A stretch of DNA of 32,000 nucleotides. Source: Pyrodictium abyssi. GTDB lineage: Archaea; Thermoproteota; Thermoprotei_A; Sulfolobales; Pyrodictiaceae. The notes below the pieces were generated by a model, which was given only the letters and a program-made list of their open reading frames with translations, ran no database searches and was not told where the DNA came from. Within the stretch, counting starts at the first letter, position 1. Each line of letters opens with the position of its first letter. Made by a program: the position numbers and the translations under genes. Below are positions 19,278 through 28,210 of this stretch, one piece after another. The stretch is from assembly GCF_036323395.1 (NCBI RefSeq), contig NZ_AP028907.1:1080001-1112000 (forward strand). The letters are read 5' to 3'.

Positions 19278-20231
19278 GTGCTGGTCCGTGCATCGCTCGG
19301 CACGCTAGCGGTACTAGGGCTCGAGAGGGCCCGGCTAGCAGCGCGGCCCACCACGGCCTACCTGCTACAGTACAGCCCCTGGGGCTGCACCGCGCGCTGC
19401 ATGTTCTGCAGCCAGTCCGTGCTGGCCAAGACGCCCCGGCGGCTACTCGGCAGGGTCACCTGGCCCGTGGTCGAACTCGAGAAGCTCCTCCGGGCCTGGA
19501 GGAGGGGGCTCTTCGCCCGGGTCTGCCTCCAGACGGTGCTCCGCCCGGGCTTCGCTTGCGAGGCAGCCGAGCTCCTGGAGCAGCTGCGCCGGGTAGACCC
19601 CGACACGCCGGCCTCGGTCACGACCACGCCCGTCGAGACCTGGGTGCTCCGCGAGTGGCGCCGCCTCGGCGTAGACACGCTCGGCGTGGGGCTCGACGCG
19701 GCCTCCCCCAGGGTGTTCCGCGAGGCGGGCAAGCCCTACACCTGGGACACGTACATCGGCTTCATACGGAGGGCCATAAGCGTCTACGGCCGCGGCCGGG
19801 TCTACGCGCACCTCGTGGCAGGGCTCGGCGAGACGCCGCGCGAGATGCTCGAGGCCATGAAGACCCTCTACGCTATGGGCGCCCGGGTGGCCCTCTTCAA
19901 CTACACCAGGCTCCCCGGCAGCCCCCGGGACTTCCCCGGCGTAGACACCGCCACGTACCGGGTCTACCAGGTAGCCCGGCTCCTCCTCGAGCACGGCCTC
20001 GACCCGCTAGACTACATCGACCCCGGGCCCCCGCCCCAGTTCACCCGGAGGCCCCCACTCGACCCCCGCCGCGGGCTCCTAACCAGCGGCTGCCCCGGCT
20101 GCAACAGACCATTCTACAACGAGCCGCCCCGCGGCCCCATCTACAACTACCCCTCAGCCGAGCTGCTCCGCCGCGACAGAGAGGCTGTGGAGAAGCAGCT
20201 AGAGGAGATAGGCCTAGGTGAAGGAGAGTGA
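19278..20231 (+). CDS. lipS2: LipS2-type lipoyl synthase component (radical SAM)
   Basis: YSPWGCTARCMFCSQS with CxxxCxxC, biotin/lipoyl synthase-like body, adjacent to lplA and LipS1; start codon uncertain. Confidence 0.75.
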   Translation: MLVRASLGTLAVLGLERARLAARPTTAYLLQYSPWGCTARCMFCSQSVLAKTPRRLLGRVTWPVVELEKLLRAWRRGLFARVCLQTVLRPGFACEAAELLEQLRRVDPDTPASVTTTPVETWVLREWRRLGVDTLGVGLDAASPRVFREAGKPYTWDTYIGFIRRAISVYGRGRVYAHLVAGLGETPREMLEAMKTLYAMGARVALFNYTRLPGSPRDFPGVDTATYRVYQVARLLLEHGLDPLDYIDPGPPPQFTRRPPLDPRRGLLTSGCPGCNRPFYNEPPRGPIYNYPSAELLRRDREAVEKQLEEIGLGEGE

Positions 20232-21079
20232 CAAGGCCCAAGGCCTTCCGCATGATCCGCCTCTTCGCCGAGGTAAGCCTCACCGGCGCCAGCTGCCCCC
20301 TGGGCTGTAGCCACTGCCGCGGCCGCTACCTCCGCGGCATGGCCCCCGTGCCGCCGGGGCCACGGGGCCTCATCCGGCTCCTCGAGAGCCTCGCCCGCCG
20401 CGGGGCCCGCGGGGTCCTCGTGAGCGGCGGGCTCACAAGGGAGGGCCGGCTCCCAGTCGAGCCCTACCTCGACCAGCTCCACGAGGCCCGGAGGAGGCTA
20501 GGCCTCGTGATCAACCTCCACCCCGGCTACGAGGACCGCCCATGGGTGCTCGAGAGGCTCCGCCCCGCGGTCGACGTCCTGGACTACGAGCTCAGCCTCA
20601 GCAAGGAGATGGTAAGGGGCGTGCGGCGGCTCCCCTTCAGCCCCGAGCACACAGTCAAAGTAATGGAGGCGATGATAGAGCACGGGCACGACGTAGTGCC
20701 CCACATCTTCCTATGGCATCCCTGGAGCAGCCCCCAGCTGCTAAAGAAGGAACTAGCCGTAGCCGCAGACCTGGGGGCGAAGCGGGCCACGCTACTCGTC
20801 TACATACCCCCGCCCGGCGAGCCAGAGCCACAGGCCGAGAAGCTCCTAGAGCTCCTACGGCTAGCCCGCAGCCACTGGCCGGGAGAGCTAGCACTAGGCT
20901 GCATGAGGCCCTACAGCGTCAAGCCCCAGCTCGACCGCGCCGCGCTCGAGGAGGGCCTCGTGGACAGGATAGCCAACCCGAGCCCCCGCGCCCTAAGAGA
21001 AGCAGCAGTGGAGCCCCCGCTCTACGACGCCTGCTGCAGCCTACCCGAGCACCTCCTACCCAGGTTCAGAGTCAAATAG
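20228..21079 (+). CDS. lipS1: LipS1-type lipoyl synthase component (radical SAM)
   Basis: TGASCPLGCSHCRGRYLRGM with CxxxCxxC; C-terminal Cys (YDACCSLP); start overlaps lipS2 stop (gtga). Confidence 0.75.
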   Translation: MTRPKAFRMIRLFAEVSLTGASCPLGCSHCRGRYLRGMAPVPPGPRGLIRLLESLARRGARGVLVSGGLTREGRLPVEPYLDQLHEARRRLGLVINLHPGYEDRPWVLERLRPAVDVLDYELSLSKEMVRGVRRLPFSPEHTVKVMEAMIEHGHDVVPHIFLWHPWSSPQLLKKELAVAADLGAKRATLLVYIPPPGEPEPQAEKLLELLRLARSHWPGELALGCMRPYSVKPQLDRAALEEGLVDRIANPSPRALREAAVEPPLYDACCSLPEHLLPRFRVK

Positions 21080-21092
21080 CCCTAAGGGCCGC

Positions 21093-21560
21093 CTACCGCT
21101 CTTTCTTGAGGAGTACCTCGTACAGCCTATCAATCCTCTTGTTGGTCTCATCCATCTTCTTTGACAGCTCCAGGTGTATGCTGTCTATCCTCCTATTTGT
21201 CTCCGCTATCGCTGCTGCTAGCTCTCTCCGTGTCTCCCAGAGCTCTCTCCTCAGCTCCTTGACCTCGTTCCTCACTTCCCGCAGCTCCCGGTACTGCATG
21301 TCCAGGTACAGTAGTAGTATATCCTCGGTTGAGAGCCTCTCACCCTTCTCAATCTTCTCCAGGATCTTCTTGGTGACTTGGCCGAGCACGGCGCCTAGAG
21401 CAGCCTCAGCGAGGCCCGGCGCTAGGCCTAGGTCGCGGTAGCGGAACCGGCGGGCTAGCCAGGCCGCGTAGCGCTCGTGGTCGTCGTCCTCGAGCCCCGT
21501 GTAGACGCCGCGCAGGTTCTTCACCAGGTACACGTATCCTAGCAGCCCCGCCTCCTCCAC
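21093..21560 (-). CDS. Coiled-coil protein of unknown function
   Basis: N-terminal globular part, then heptad-rich ELREVRNEVKELRRELWETRRELAAAIAETNRRIDSIHLELSKKMDETNKRIDRL. Confidence 0.6.
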   Translation of the reverse strand: MEEAGLLGYVYLVKNLRGVYTGLEDDDHERYAAWLARRFRYRDLGLAPGLAEAALGAVLGQVTKKILEKIEKGERLSTEDILLLYLDMQYRELREVRNEVKELRRELWETRRELAAAIAETNRRIDSIHLELSKKMDETNKRIDRLYEVLLKKER

Positions 21561-21664
21561 GGTTAGCCCGCCTCTCTACCGCCGATATCTGGGACCCCGA
21601 CTGGTTACGGGATAGCCCTAAACGGGAGGGGCACCGTATAGCCTAGCTATGTTGGTGCAGTGTT

Positions 21665-22507
21665 TTGGCTCTAGCTCTCAACGTGGAGCTGCGCCCCGCC
21701 ACCCCCGGCGACGTGGAGAGCATGGCCGGGGTGTACGCGCGTGCCTTCGGCCACAGCAGTAAGCTGGACCAGATAGTAGAGGCGTTCCAGGTCTACATGG
21801 AGCTGGCGGAGAGGGGCCGCGGCGGCTGCATAGTAGCCGAGCACGAGGGCTCAGTAGTAGCGACGGGCTGCTACGCGCTCTACGGGGGCCACGCCTGGAT
21901 AGGCGCGGTGACGGTGGAGCCCCGGCTCCAGCGCCGCAGGATAGGCACAGCCGTCACCCGGAGGCTCCTCCAGCTCCTCCACGGCCGCGTCCCCAGCATA
22001 GGCCTCGACGCGACGCCAGCCGGCGAGCAGCTGTATCGCTGGCTAGGCTTCACTCCGGAGTACCGGACCACCGCATACCTGCTGCCCGAGAAGCCTCCCG
22101 TCCTCGGCGGGCGGCTGCGCGTAGAGGAGCTCGACGCTGTGCCAGCGTGGCTACGGGAGCTCGACGCGGAGGCCGCTGGTGGCGACCGCGCGGCGCTCAT
22201 AGAGGCGTGGCTACGCCGCGGCGCGAAGCTGCTAGCCGTCAAGGGCGAGGGCTACGCCCTAGTGCATCGCTGCCGCAGAGGCCCCCTGATAGCACGCAGC
22301 ATCGACGCGGCCTGGAGCCTCCTAGCGGAGGCGATGGCTAGGGGCGGGCGGCGGCTCATAGCCCCAGCGGTGAACCAGCAGGTCCTGGAGATGCTCGCTG
22401 TGCTCGGCGCCCGGGAGACCCACGTCTTCACCCGTATGAGGCTAGGCAGCCCCCGGCCCGAGAAACCCGAGATGATATACGCCATCCACAGCTACATGAA
22501 AGGCTAG
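21665..22507 (+). CDS. GNAT-family N-acetyltransferase
   Basis: AWIGAVTVEPRLQRRRIGTAVTRRLLQLLHG...PAGEQLYRWLGF; TTG start, GTG at 21683 an alternative. Confidence 0.8.
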   Translation: MALALNVELRPATPGDVESMAGVYARAFGHSSKLDQIVEAFQVYMELAERGRGGCIVAEHEGSVVATGCYALYGGHAWIGAVTVEPRLQRRRIGTAVTRRLLQLLHGRVPSIGLDATPAGEQLYRWLGFTPEYRTTAYLLPEKPPVLGGRLRVEELDAVPAWLRELDAEAAGGDRAALIEAWLRRGAKLLAVKGEGYALVHRCRRGPLIARSIDAAWSLLAEAMARGGRRLIAPAVNQQVLEMLAVLGARETHVFTRMRLGSPRPEKPEMIYAIHSYMKG

Positions 22508-22581
22508 CCCCGGGGTCCATGCTGGACCACGGGAGCAAGCTGCAAAAAGGCCTGGGTAAGTGCCGTGGCCGCGCCACCGCG

Positions 22582-23521
22582 CTAGTCCTCGTCTCCGCCG
22601 CTGTCGTCGTCAAAGTCTATCCAGTCGTCCTCCTCAGCTTCACTGTCCTCCTCGTCCTCCGCGACGGCATCGGCGAAGCTCCTCTCCTCTTCCTCCTCGG
22701 GCTCCTCTGCGGAAGCTTCTTCAGCCTCCTTGCCTCCCAGCGCCTTCATGAAGCTTTCTTCCTTCTCCTCCTCGCCTTCCTCGCTGCGCTCCTCCATGGC
22801 CTTGGCCGCGGCGTAGCCGGCTGCAGCGCCGAGGGCAGCGCCAGCAGCCCCGCGGCCAGCGTCTTGCCCGCGCCGCTCCCCTGCCTTGGTCCTCTCCGCT
22901 GTGTCCACTGCTATCCTCTTCGATGTAGTGCTCCTCGCGGTAGTGGTCGTGGTAGTAGTGGTACTCGCGCCCAGGGCTGTACGAGGAGTAGCCCCCTGAC
23001 CCGGACCTGCGTACTGCGCGCCTCGCGCGGGATGCCAGCCTTGTGCCTGCTATACGCCTCTGGGCCTCTGAGGCCGCGCTGCTGCCGCGGCTAGTCCCTC
23101 CGGCTGCCACTGCTATGCCGCCGGCAAGGGCTAGGAGGGGCCCAGCCCCGGTGTTGGCCGTGTAGCCTTCTGGCGCCGCGTTGCTGAGTATGTACACCGA
23201 GGCTATCCACATGAGCCCTGCTAGCGCTAGGAGCGTCCCCCTCCCCCCGATGGCTGCTAGCCTCCTGGAGACGAGGCCAGCGGCCGCGATGAGGCCTGCG
23301 ATGGGTAGGAGGCCCATCGAGTAGTACATCGTGGATGCCCAGAGCTCGGTGCTCTTGCTCTCTGACAGCGGCTCGAAGAGCTTGTCGTACGCCTCGGCGA
23401 GGGTATAGGTCTTTACTGTTTCTCCGCCGGACTTCAGTATCAGCCATGCCTGGCTAGCGCCGAGAACCAGGAGTGCTGGGCCTAACGAGCACGAGTAGAC
23501 GGGACATACCATTCCGCACAC
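22582..23521 (-). CDS. Membrane protein with acidic low-complexity tail (two ORFs or one frameshifted gene)
   Basis: ORF 22721..23521 has TM segments and a YYHDHYREEHYIEED region, then degenerates. Overlapping ORF 22582..22908 carries an Ala/Gly then Glu/Asp-rich tail (EEGEEEKEESFMKAL...DDWIDFDDDSGGDED). Confidence 0.45.
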
Positions 23522-23560
23522 TCACAGTACACGAGGAGGGGTCCCCGGGGCCTCCCCTGG

Positions 23561-23570
23561 CCCCCCCCCC
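23561..23570. repeat. Homopolymeric C tract (10 C) in a divergent intergenic region
   Basis: Direct reading: cctcccctgg cccccccccc ttggagg. Confidence 0.9.
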
Positions 23571-23657
23571 TTGGAGGAGCGTGCCCCGTCACCCGGAGAG
23601 GACTAGGAGCGCCTAGAGAGCCTCCCCGAGAGCCGTAAGAAGCCCGTCCTCCTAATA

Positions 23658-24428
23658 TTGCTGCCGGGCCCCCGGGCCCTCGGGGGTGCTGCAGGCGTGC
23701 AGGTCAGTGGCTCGGTTGTGCTGGTCACCGGGTCTAGCCGCGGCATAGGCAGGGCGATAGCTCTCGAGGCTGCCCGCCGCGGCGCGGCGGGCGTAGTGGT
23801 GAACTACCTCCGCTCCAGGGAGGCCGCGGAGAAGGTGGCGGAGGAGATACGGCGCCTCGGAGGCGACGCCCTGGTCGTAGGCGCCGACGTTTCCCGCTGG
23901 GAGGAGGCCAGGCGGCTAGTCGAGGCGGCGATCGGGCGCTGGGGCCGGGTAGACGTGGTGGTGAACAATGCGGGGATACTGGAGCCCAAGCCCTTCCACG
24001 AGATGGAGCCCAGGGACTGGCAGAGGATGATGGAGGTCCACTTCTACGGTGCGCTGAACGTCGCCCGGGCCGCGCTCCCCCACATGATGGAGAGGAAGAG
24101 GGGCGTGATAGTGAACATCTCATCGGTGCTAGGCCTGCGGCCCGAGCCCCTAGCGAGCCACTACTCGGCCGCCAAGGCCGCGCTAATAGCCTGGAGCATA
24201 GCGGCCGCCAAGGAGCTGGCCGAGTACGGAATACGTGTCTTCGCGGTGGCGCCCGGCGGCGTGGACACTGACATGGCCCGGGTCTGGGGCGACATGGACT
24301 GGGTCGAGGAGGAGATTCCGCTCGCTAGACTCGCTAGGCCGGAGGAGGTTGCGAAGCTCGTCCTAGACGCGGTGGAGAACCCCTACGTGACGGGCGACGT
24401 GCTCACCGTGACTGGCGGCCTACTATAG
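23658..24428 (+). CDS. Short-chain dehydrogenase/reductase (SDR) family oxidoreductase
   Basis: VLVTGSSRGIGRAIA, NNAG, NISSVLG, SHYSAAKAAL, VTGDVLTVTGG; the true start is probably downstream of 23658. Confidence 0.93.
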   Translation: MLPGPRALGGAAGVQVSGSVVLVTGSSRGIGRAIALEAARRGAAGVVVNYLRSREAAEKVAEEIRRLGGDALVVGADVSRWEEARRLVEAAIGRWGRVDVVVNNAGILEPKPFHEMEPRDWQRMMEVHFYGALNVARAALPHMMERKRGVIVNISSVLGLRPEPLASHYSAAKAALIAWSIAAAKELAEYGIRVFAVAPGGVDTDMARVWGDMDWVEEEIPLARLARPEEVAKLVLDAVENPYVTGDVLTVTGGLL

Positions 24429-24605
24429 CCCCACCTGTTTGGCTGTAGCTGCTAGTGTAAACTATTTCTCGTAACTGTTAGGCTTGTCTCTGTTGAGGGG
24501 TGCCCGGCGCTGTAAAGGTACAGCCTCTTATGCCCGGGGGGTACAGCACTACCTCCTCTGGGGCCGGTGTGCCGCGGCTGTACCCCCCGGTGAGATGGTT
24601 GCCCG

Positions 24606-24839
24606 TTGACCCTGCCCGGCGGTGGGCGTAGGAGCATCGACGTAGAGGAGAGCGTCTACCGGGAGATCGCCCGTATAGCGCGCCGCGAGGGCCTAGGCAG
24701 CGCTGGCGAGGCGGTCGAGAGGCTGGTCGAGTTCTACCGCGTCAAGCTGGGCTCCGACCCCGGCCTAGCAGTCGAGCTGGTAGCTAGGCTGCTCTTCAAC
24801 GGCAAGAAGCCCGGCGAGATAATCGAGGTCATACTCTAG
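24606..24839 (+). CDS. Ribbon-helix-helix-like small protein (possible regulator or antitoxin)
   Basis: RSIDVEESVYREIARIARREGLGSAGEAVERLVEFYRVKLG pattern. Confidence 0.45.
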   Translation: MTLPGGGRRSIDVEESVYREIARIARREGLGSAGEAVERLVEFYRVKLGSDPGLAVELVARLLFNGKKPGEIIEVIL

Positions 24840-24981
24840 GGCCGCGGCTCTAAGCCCCCTGGTCTACCTCACCTACGACCTGGAGCAGGTCGAGAGGAGG
24901 CCTGGCGAGTACCGTGTACGCCTCATCCCGGCGGTAAACCCGCTGGCTATACTCGAGTCCTACTGCGCCGAGGGCTGCGAC

Positions 24982-25275
24982 GTGGAGGGGCTCACCAGCG
25001 ACATAGCTTCCGCGAGTGAGCGCGCCGCCAAGCTCATGCGGGATTTCATGAAGAGGAGTATGGCGGTAAAGCTCCTCCTAGACCGTCTAGGCATAAGCAT
25101 AGAGGCCTCGTTCCTCAGGTCGGACCTGGAGCTCATGCGTTTCAGGCTACTAGTCCCCGCAGAGCACATCCGTAACTCTGGCGTCGGGGTTGGCATCGTG
25201 AACACCGCCCAGCGCAGCGGCGAAGAACCCGGAGGGCCTACACGGCGAGCCTCCCGAGCAGAGCAACCAGCTTAG
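24982..25275 (+). CDS. Hypothetical protein; coding-like sequence appears to extend upstream without a standard start
   Basis: ORF from GTG 24982; the same frame upstream reads LVYLTYDLEQVERRPGEYRVRLIPAVNPLAILESYCAEGCD with no ATG/GTG/TTG. Confidence 0.45.
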   Translation: MEGLTSDIASASERAAKLMRDFMKRSMAVKLLLDRLGISIEASFLRSDLELMRFRLLVPAEHIRNSGVGVGIVNTAQRSGEEPGGPTRRASRAEQPA

Positions 25276-26380
25276 ACGGATTCTCGAGCAGCCTCCCCAG
25301 CCTCCGGTGGTGGGCGCGGAGCGCCCGCCGGACCGGCGAGGGGTAGCGGTCCAGCATCGTGCAGAAGGGCTCGTACACAGGAAGCCCGCAGACGTAGTCA
25401 TCGAAGCCGCTCCAGGACCCATCCCCGCCCAGCCCCTCGCGCCAGTAGAGGTACTCGTGGAGCGTAGGCCGCACCAGCACCGGCTCGCCAACCGCCAGCC
25501 ACTCTAGGCAGCAGCCCCGGCCCGGCCGGTACCAGCGCGCCAGCCAGGGCAGAGCAGCGTCCTTACACGGCGCATAGACGACGCCATAGCGCTGGGCCAG
25601 CGCCTCAAGCGCCCGGTGCACCCGCCCGCGCCAACCCGGCCCCGGGTGGAGGAGCGGCTCCCTACCCGGCTCCTCGGCAAGCTGGTAAGGCTCCCACCCC
25701 GCATCCGGCACCCCCAGGCCGAGGATCCTGTAGACCGCCTCGAGGCCCCTGCGGGTCTCCCGCAGCGGCTCCGCTATGAGCCCCTGGGCGCCCCTCTCGA
25801 GCGCCTCCTCAGCGACGCGGAGCTGCTCCTCCTCGAGCCCCGGCACCAGGGGCTGCACACGGACGACCACGGGCACGCCGTGCTCGGCGAGGGCCTCGAT
25901 GGCGTCGAGCCTCCTGCCCGGCGGCGGCGCCCCGGGCTCAAGGAGCCCCGCTGCGCCCTCGGGGAGCCCGATGGTGACCTGTACCAGGACGAGCCGGTGG
26001 TCTGCCAGCGAGAGCAGGAGCGCGAAGACCTCCGGGTCCCAGGCCGGGTCGCCCCTCGTGTTGAGCACCAGGGGCACCCGGTGGCGGAGCGCGGCGCGGA
26101 GCAGAGCCTTCACAGCGCCAGCCGCCATACCGCCGCGGGGCTGCAGCGGGTCCGAGAGCGTAGCCAGCCGGAACACCGGCCGCGGAAGCCCCTCCAGCCC
26201 CCTCGCTATCTTCTCGAAGACCCTGGGGAGCCAGGGCTTGACCCGGGGCGGCCCCGCGCCGCGGTACCAGCGCGCGTAGCAGTAGGCGCAGCCAAAGCCG
26301 CAGCTCGTGAAGGGCTCAAGCCGGAGCACAGAGTAGCACAGCGACGAGATGTAGCTGCTAGGCTTTATCCCGACCTCCAT
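25238..26380 (-). CDS. SPL-family (SplB-like) radical SAM protein
   Basis: LEPFTSCGFGCAYCYARWY (CxxxCxxC) and downstream TIM-barrel-like sequence. ATG 26380 is preferred over 26782, because the upstream part is antisense to another gene. Confidence 0.85.
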   Translation of the reverse strand: MEVGIKPSSYISSLCYSVLRLEPFTSCGFGCAYCYARWYRGAGPPRVKPWLPRVFEKIARGLEGLPRPVFRLATLSDPLQPRGGMAAGAVKALLRAALRHRVPLVLNTRGDPAWDPEVFALLLSLADHRLVLVQVTIGLPEGAAGLLEPGAPPPGRRLDAIEALAEHGVPVVVRVQPLVPGLEEEQLRVAEEALERGAQGLIAEPLRETRRGLEAVYRILGLGVPDAGWEPYQLAEEPGREPLLHPGPGWRGRVHRALEALAQRYGVVYAPCKDAALPWLARWYRPGRGCCLEWLAVGEPVLVRPTLHEYLYWREGLGGDGSWSGFDDYVCGLPVYEPFCTMLDRYPSPVRRALRAHHRRLGRLLENPSKLVALLGRLAV

Positions 26381-26459
26381 CCACTCGACCACGTAGCGGT
26401 ACCCCGTCGCACCTCTTATAGAGCGGACACGGCTTTCTATAGACTGGGCTGGTTCTCTG

Positions 26460-26792
26460 ATGCAGCAATCAGAGTTCGAGAAAGACGTAGAGGCCATTGC
26501 AGAGCTAGACGGGGCGATAGCGCGTATCCGTGAAGCCCGCAGTGAGCTCGAGAAAAGAGCCATTTCGGAGGCACACCGCATCGGGAGGACGATGTATAGG
26601 AGGATTGTGGAGGAGGCTAGGAGATTCCTAGAGGACTGGGCCCTAGAGGAGGTAAGGAGGCACCAGCAGCAGCTAGAAGAGCGCAGAGCAGCTCTATCCA
26701 GGCACATAGAGGAGATGAAGAGGAGAGCCGAAGCACGGCTCGAGGAAGCCGCGCGCCTGATAGTCCGGGAGACTACGGGCATAGAGGTCTAG
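26460..26792 (+). CDS. A/V-type ATP synthase peripheral-stalk-like coiled-coil subunit (H- or short E-like)
   Basis: 110-aa Glu/Arg/Ala-rich coiled coil, 4 nt upstream of the ATPase subunit C gene. Confidence 0.55.
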   Translation: MQQSEFEKDVEAIAELDGAIARIREARSELEKRAISEAHRIGRTMYRRIVEEARRFLEDWALEEVRRHQQQLEERRAALSRHIEEMKRRAEARLEEAARLIVRETTGIEV

Positions 26793-26796
26793 GAGC

Positions 26797-27828
26797 GTGC
26801 TTAGCCGCAGCGAGACGGACCTCGTTACCACATACTCGGTGTGCGCGCCCAGGGTAGCAGGGGTAAGATCGCGTCTACTAACTGTAGACGAGATAACGTT
26901 CCTAGAAGCATCTACATCGTTCCGGGATCTCCTACGGCGTCTCCAGTCTACACGCTACGGCGAGTACATTAGGAGAGAAGAGCCTAGCAACTGCAGCGAG
27001 CTAGCCTTCGCCCTCCGCACACCACTCGTCATGACCTATAAGAGCTTTAGGAGGATAGTCCCCAGCTACGCGCTCCCCGTCCTCGACAGGTACATGGAGA
27101 GCCACATTGCACGCAATGTAAGGCTATACTTCAAGTACACCTATACAAGCGATGAATCTGCTCTAAGACATATAGACGCGAGGATAGAAGCCATTCAGGG
27201 GCATACCGAGCTGCTAGGCGTATACCTCTCCAGGGGCTCTAGGCGAGACCTAGTAGAGGCTCTACAACGTACCGGGCTCAGCGACTACTCAGCACTTCTT
27301 AGAACACTAGAGCCCCTCTTAGAGAAGCGTAGGGGACCCCTAGCTCTCGTCGACATAGCCGTAGAGGCTCTTAGCCTTTCCAGGCTCCTCTATAGAGCCG
27401 GCAGGCTCCCAGCAGACGAGAGGACGAGGCTAGAGAGCCTCCTAGGAGTAGAGGCGATAAGATTCGTAGTACTGACCATGGCCCGCGCTACTAGGCTCGG
27501 CTTAGACATGGGGCAGGTATCGACACTAATACCGGAACCTGTCGGAGCCATGCTGCTACTGTATTCGGAGAAGCCCCCCGCCCTCTGCCGCAAGCTCCAG
27601 GTGCCCCTAGTCCTCTGCAGGCCAGAGAGCCCTATGGAGCTAGCCAGTAGGCTACACAGCTATGCCTGGAAGGTAGCCTGGAGAACCAGCCTATGGAACC
27701 AATTCAGCCTAGCCGGCGTGCTTGCAGCGCTGAAGCTGCTAGAGCTCGAGGTACAAAAGCTCAACAGTATATGCATAAGGGCTGTCGCGCGCGAGTATGG
27801 CTACAATCTCGCTAGCTCGTTAGGATGA
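26797..27828 (+). CDS. A/V-type ATP synthase subunit C (V-ATPase d-like)
   Basis: 343-aa helical protein (RRIVPSYALPVLDRYMESHIARNVRLYFKYTYT...LSRLLYRAGRLPADERTRLESLLGVEAIRF), next to other ATPase genes. Confidence 0.7.
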   Translation: MLSRSETDLVTTYSVCAPRVAGVRSRLLTVDEITFLEASTSFRDLLRRLQSTRYGEYIRREEPSNCSELAFALRTPLVMTYKSFRRIVPSYALPVLDRYMESHIARNVRLYFKYTYTSDESALRHIDARIEAIQGHTELLGVYLSRGSRRDLVEALQRTGLSDYSALLRTLEPLLEKRRGPLALVDIAVEALSLSRLLYRAGRLPADERTRLESLLGVEAIRFVVLTMARATRLGLDMGQVSTLIPEPVGAMLLLYSEKPPALCRKLQVPLVLCRPESPMELASRLHSYAWKVAWRTSLWNQFSLAGVLAALKLLELEVQKLNSICIRAVAREYGYNLASSLG

Positions 27829-28195
27829 GAAACGCTATAGCTATACCGTATATGGCTAAGGCCTCGGCTAGTGCTGTAAGTATGAGCCCCCATACGCGTA
27901 GCTCAGGCTTCTCGACCATGGCGCTTATCGAGGCAGAGCCTACGAGCGCTATACCTACAGCAGCGCCTAGTACCGAGGTCGAGAATGCTAGCGAAGCTGC
28001 CAGGACGGTAGCCATCTTTACCAGACCCGGCTTGGGGGCCTCTCTGCCCGTCTCTTCAGCCGCTGTAGCGGCAGCTATGAGTGGGCGGGCGGTGAAGAAC
28101 AGTAGTGTAGTCAGGAGAGCTGCTACCAGGACGAGCGCGAAGCCAGCGTAGACGGCGGCTGTGGGGAGGCTAGAGGCGTGCGTACTAGTAGACAC
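27812..28195 (-). CDS. A/V-type ATP synthase subunit K (proteolipid)
   Basis: LGAAVGIALVGSASISAMVEKPELRVWGLILTALAEALAIYGIAIAFLIL; extra N-terminal hydrophobic helix. Confidence 0.88.
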   Translation of the reverse strand: MSTSTHASSLPTAAVYAGFALVLVAALLTTLLFFTARPLIAAATAAEETGREAPKPGLVKMATVLAASLAFSTSVLGAAVGIALVGSASISAMVEKPELRVWGLILTALAEALAIYGIAIAFLILTS

Positions 28196-28210
28196 CGCTT
28201 GGCCACCATT

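Noticed and set aside
19148-20221. 357-aa ORF on + overlapping lipS2
   Set aside because: Low-complexity Arg/Pro/Ala/Gly translation in an alternative frame of a clear radical SAM gene; an artefact of high GC content.
25616-26533. 305-aa ORF on + opposite the SPL-type radical SAM gene
   Set aside because: Compositionally biased antisense frame with no domain signal; the minus-strand gene has a clear CxxxCxxC motif.
26381-26782. N-terminal extension of the 514-aa radical SAM ORF
   Set aside because: Ser/Arg-rich antisense of the 26460..26792 ATPase-associated gene; ATG 26380 (MEVGIKPSSYISS) gives a sensible N-terminus.
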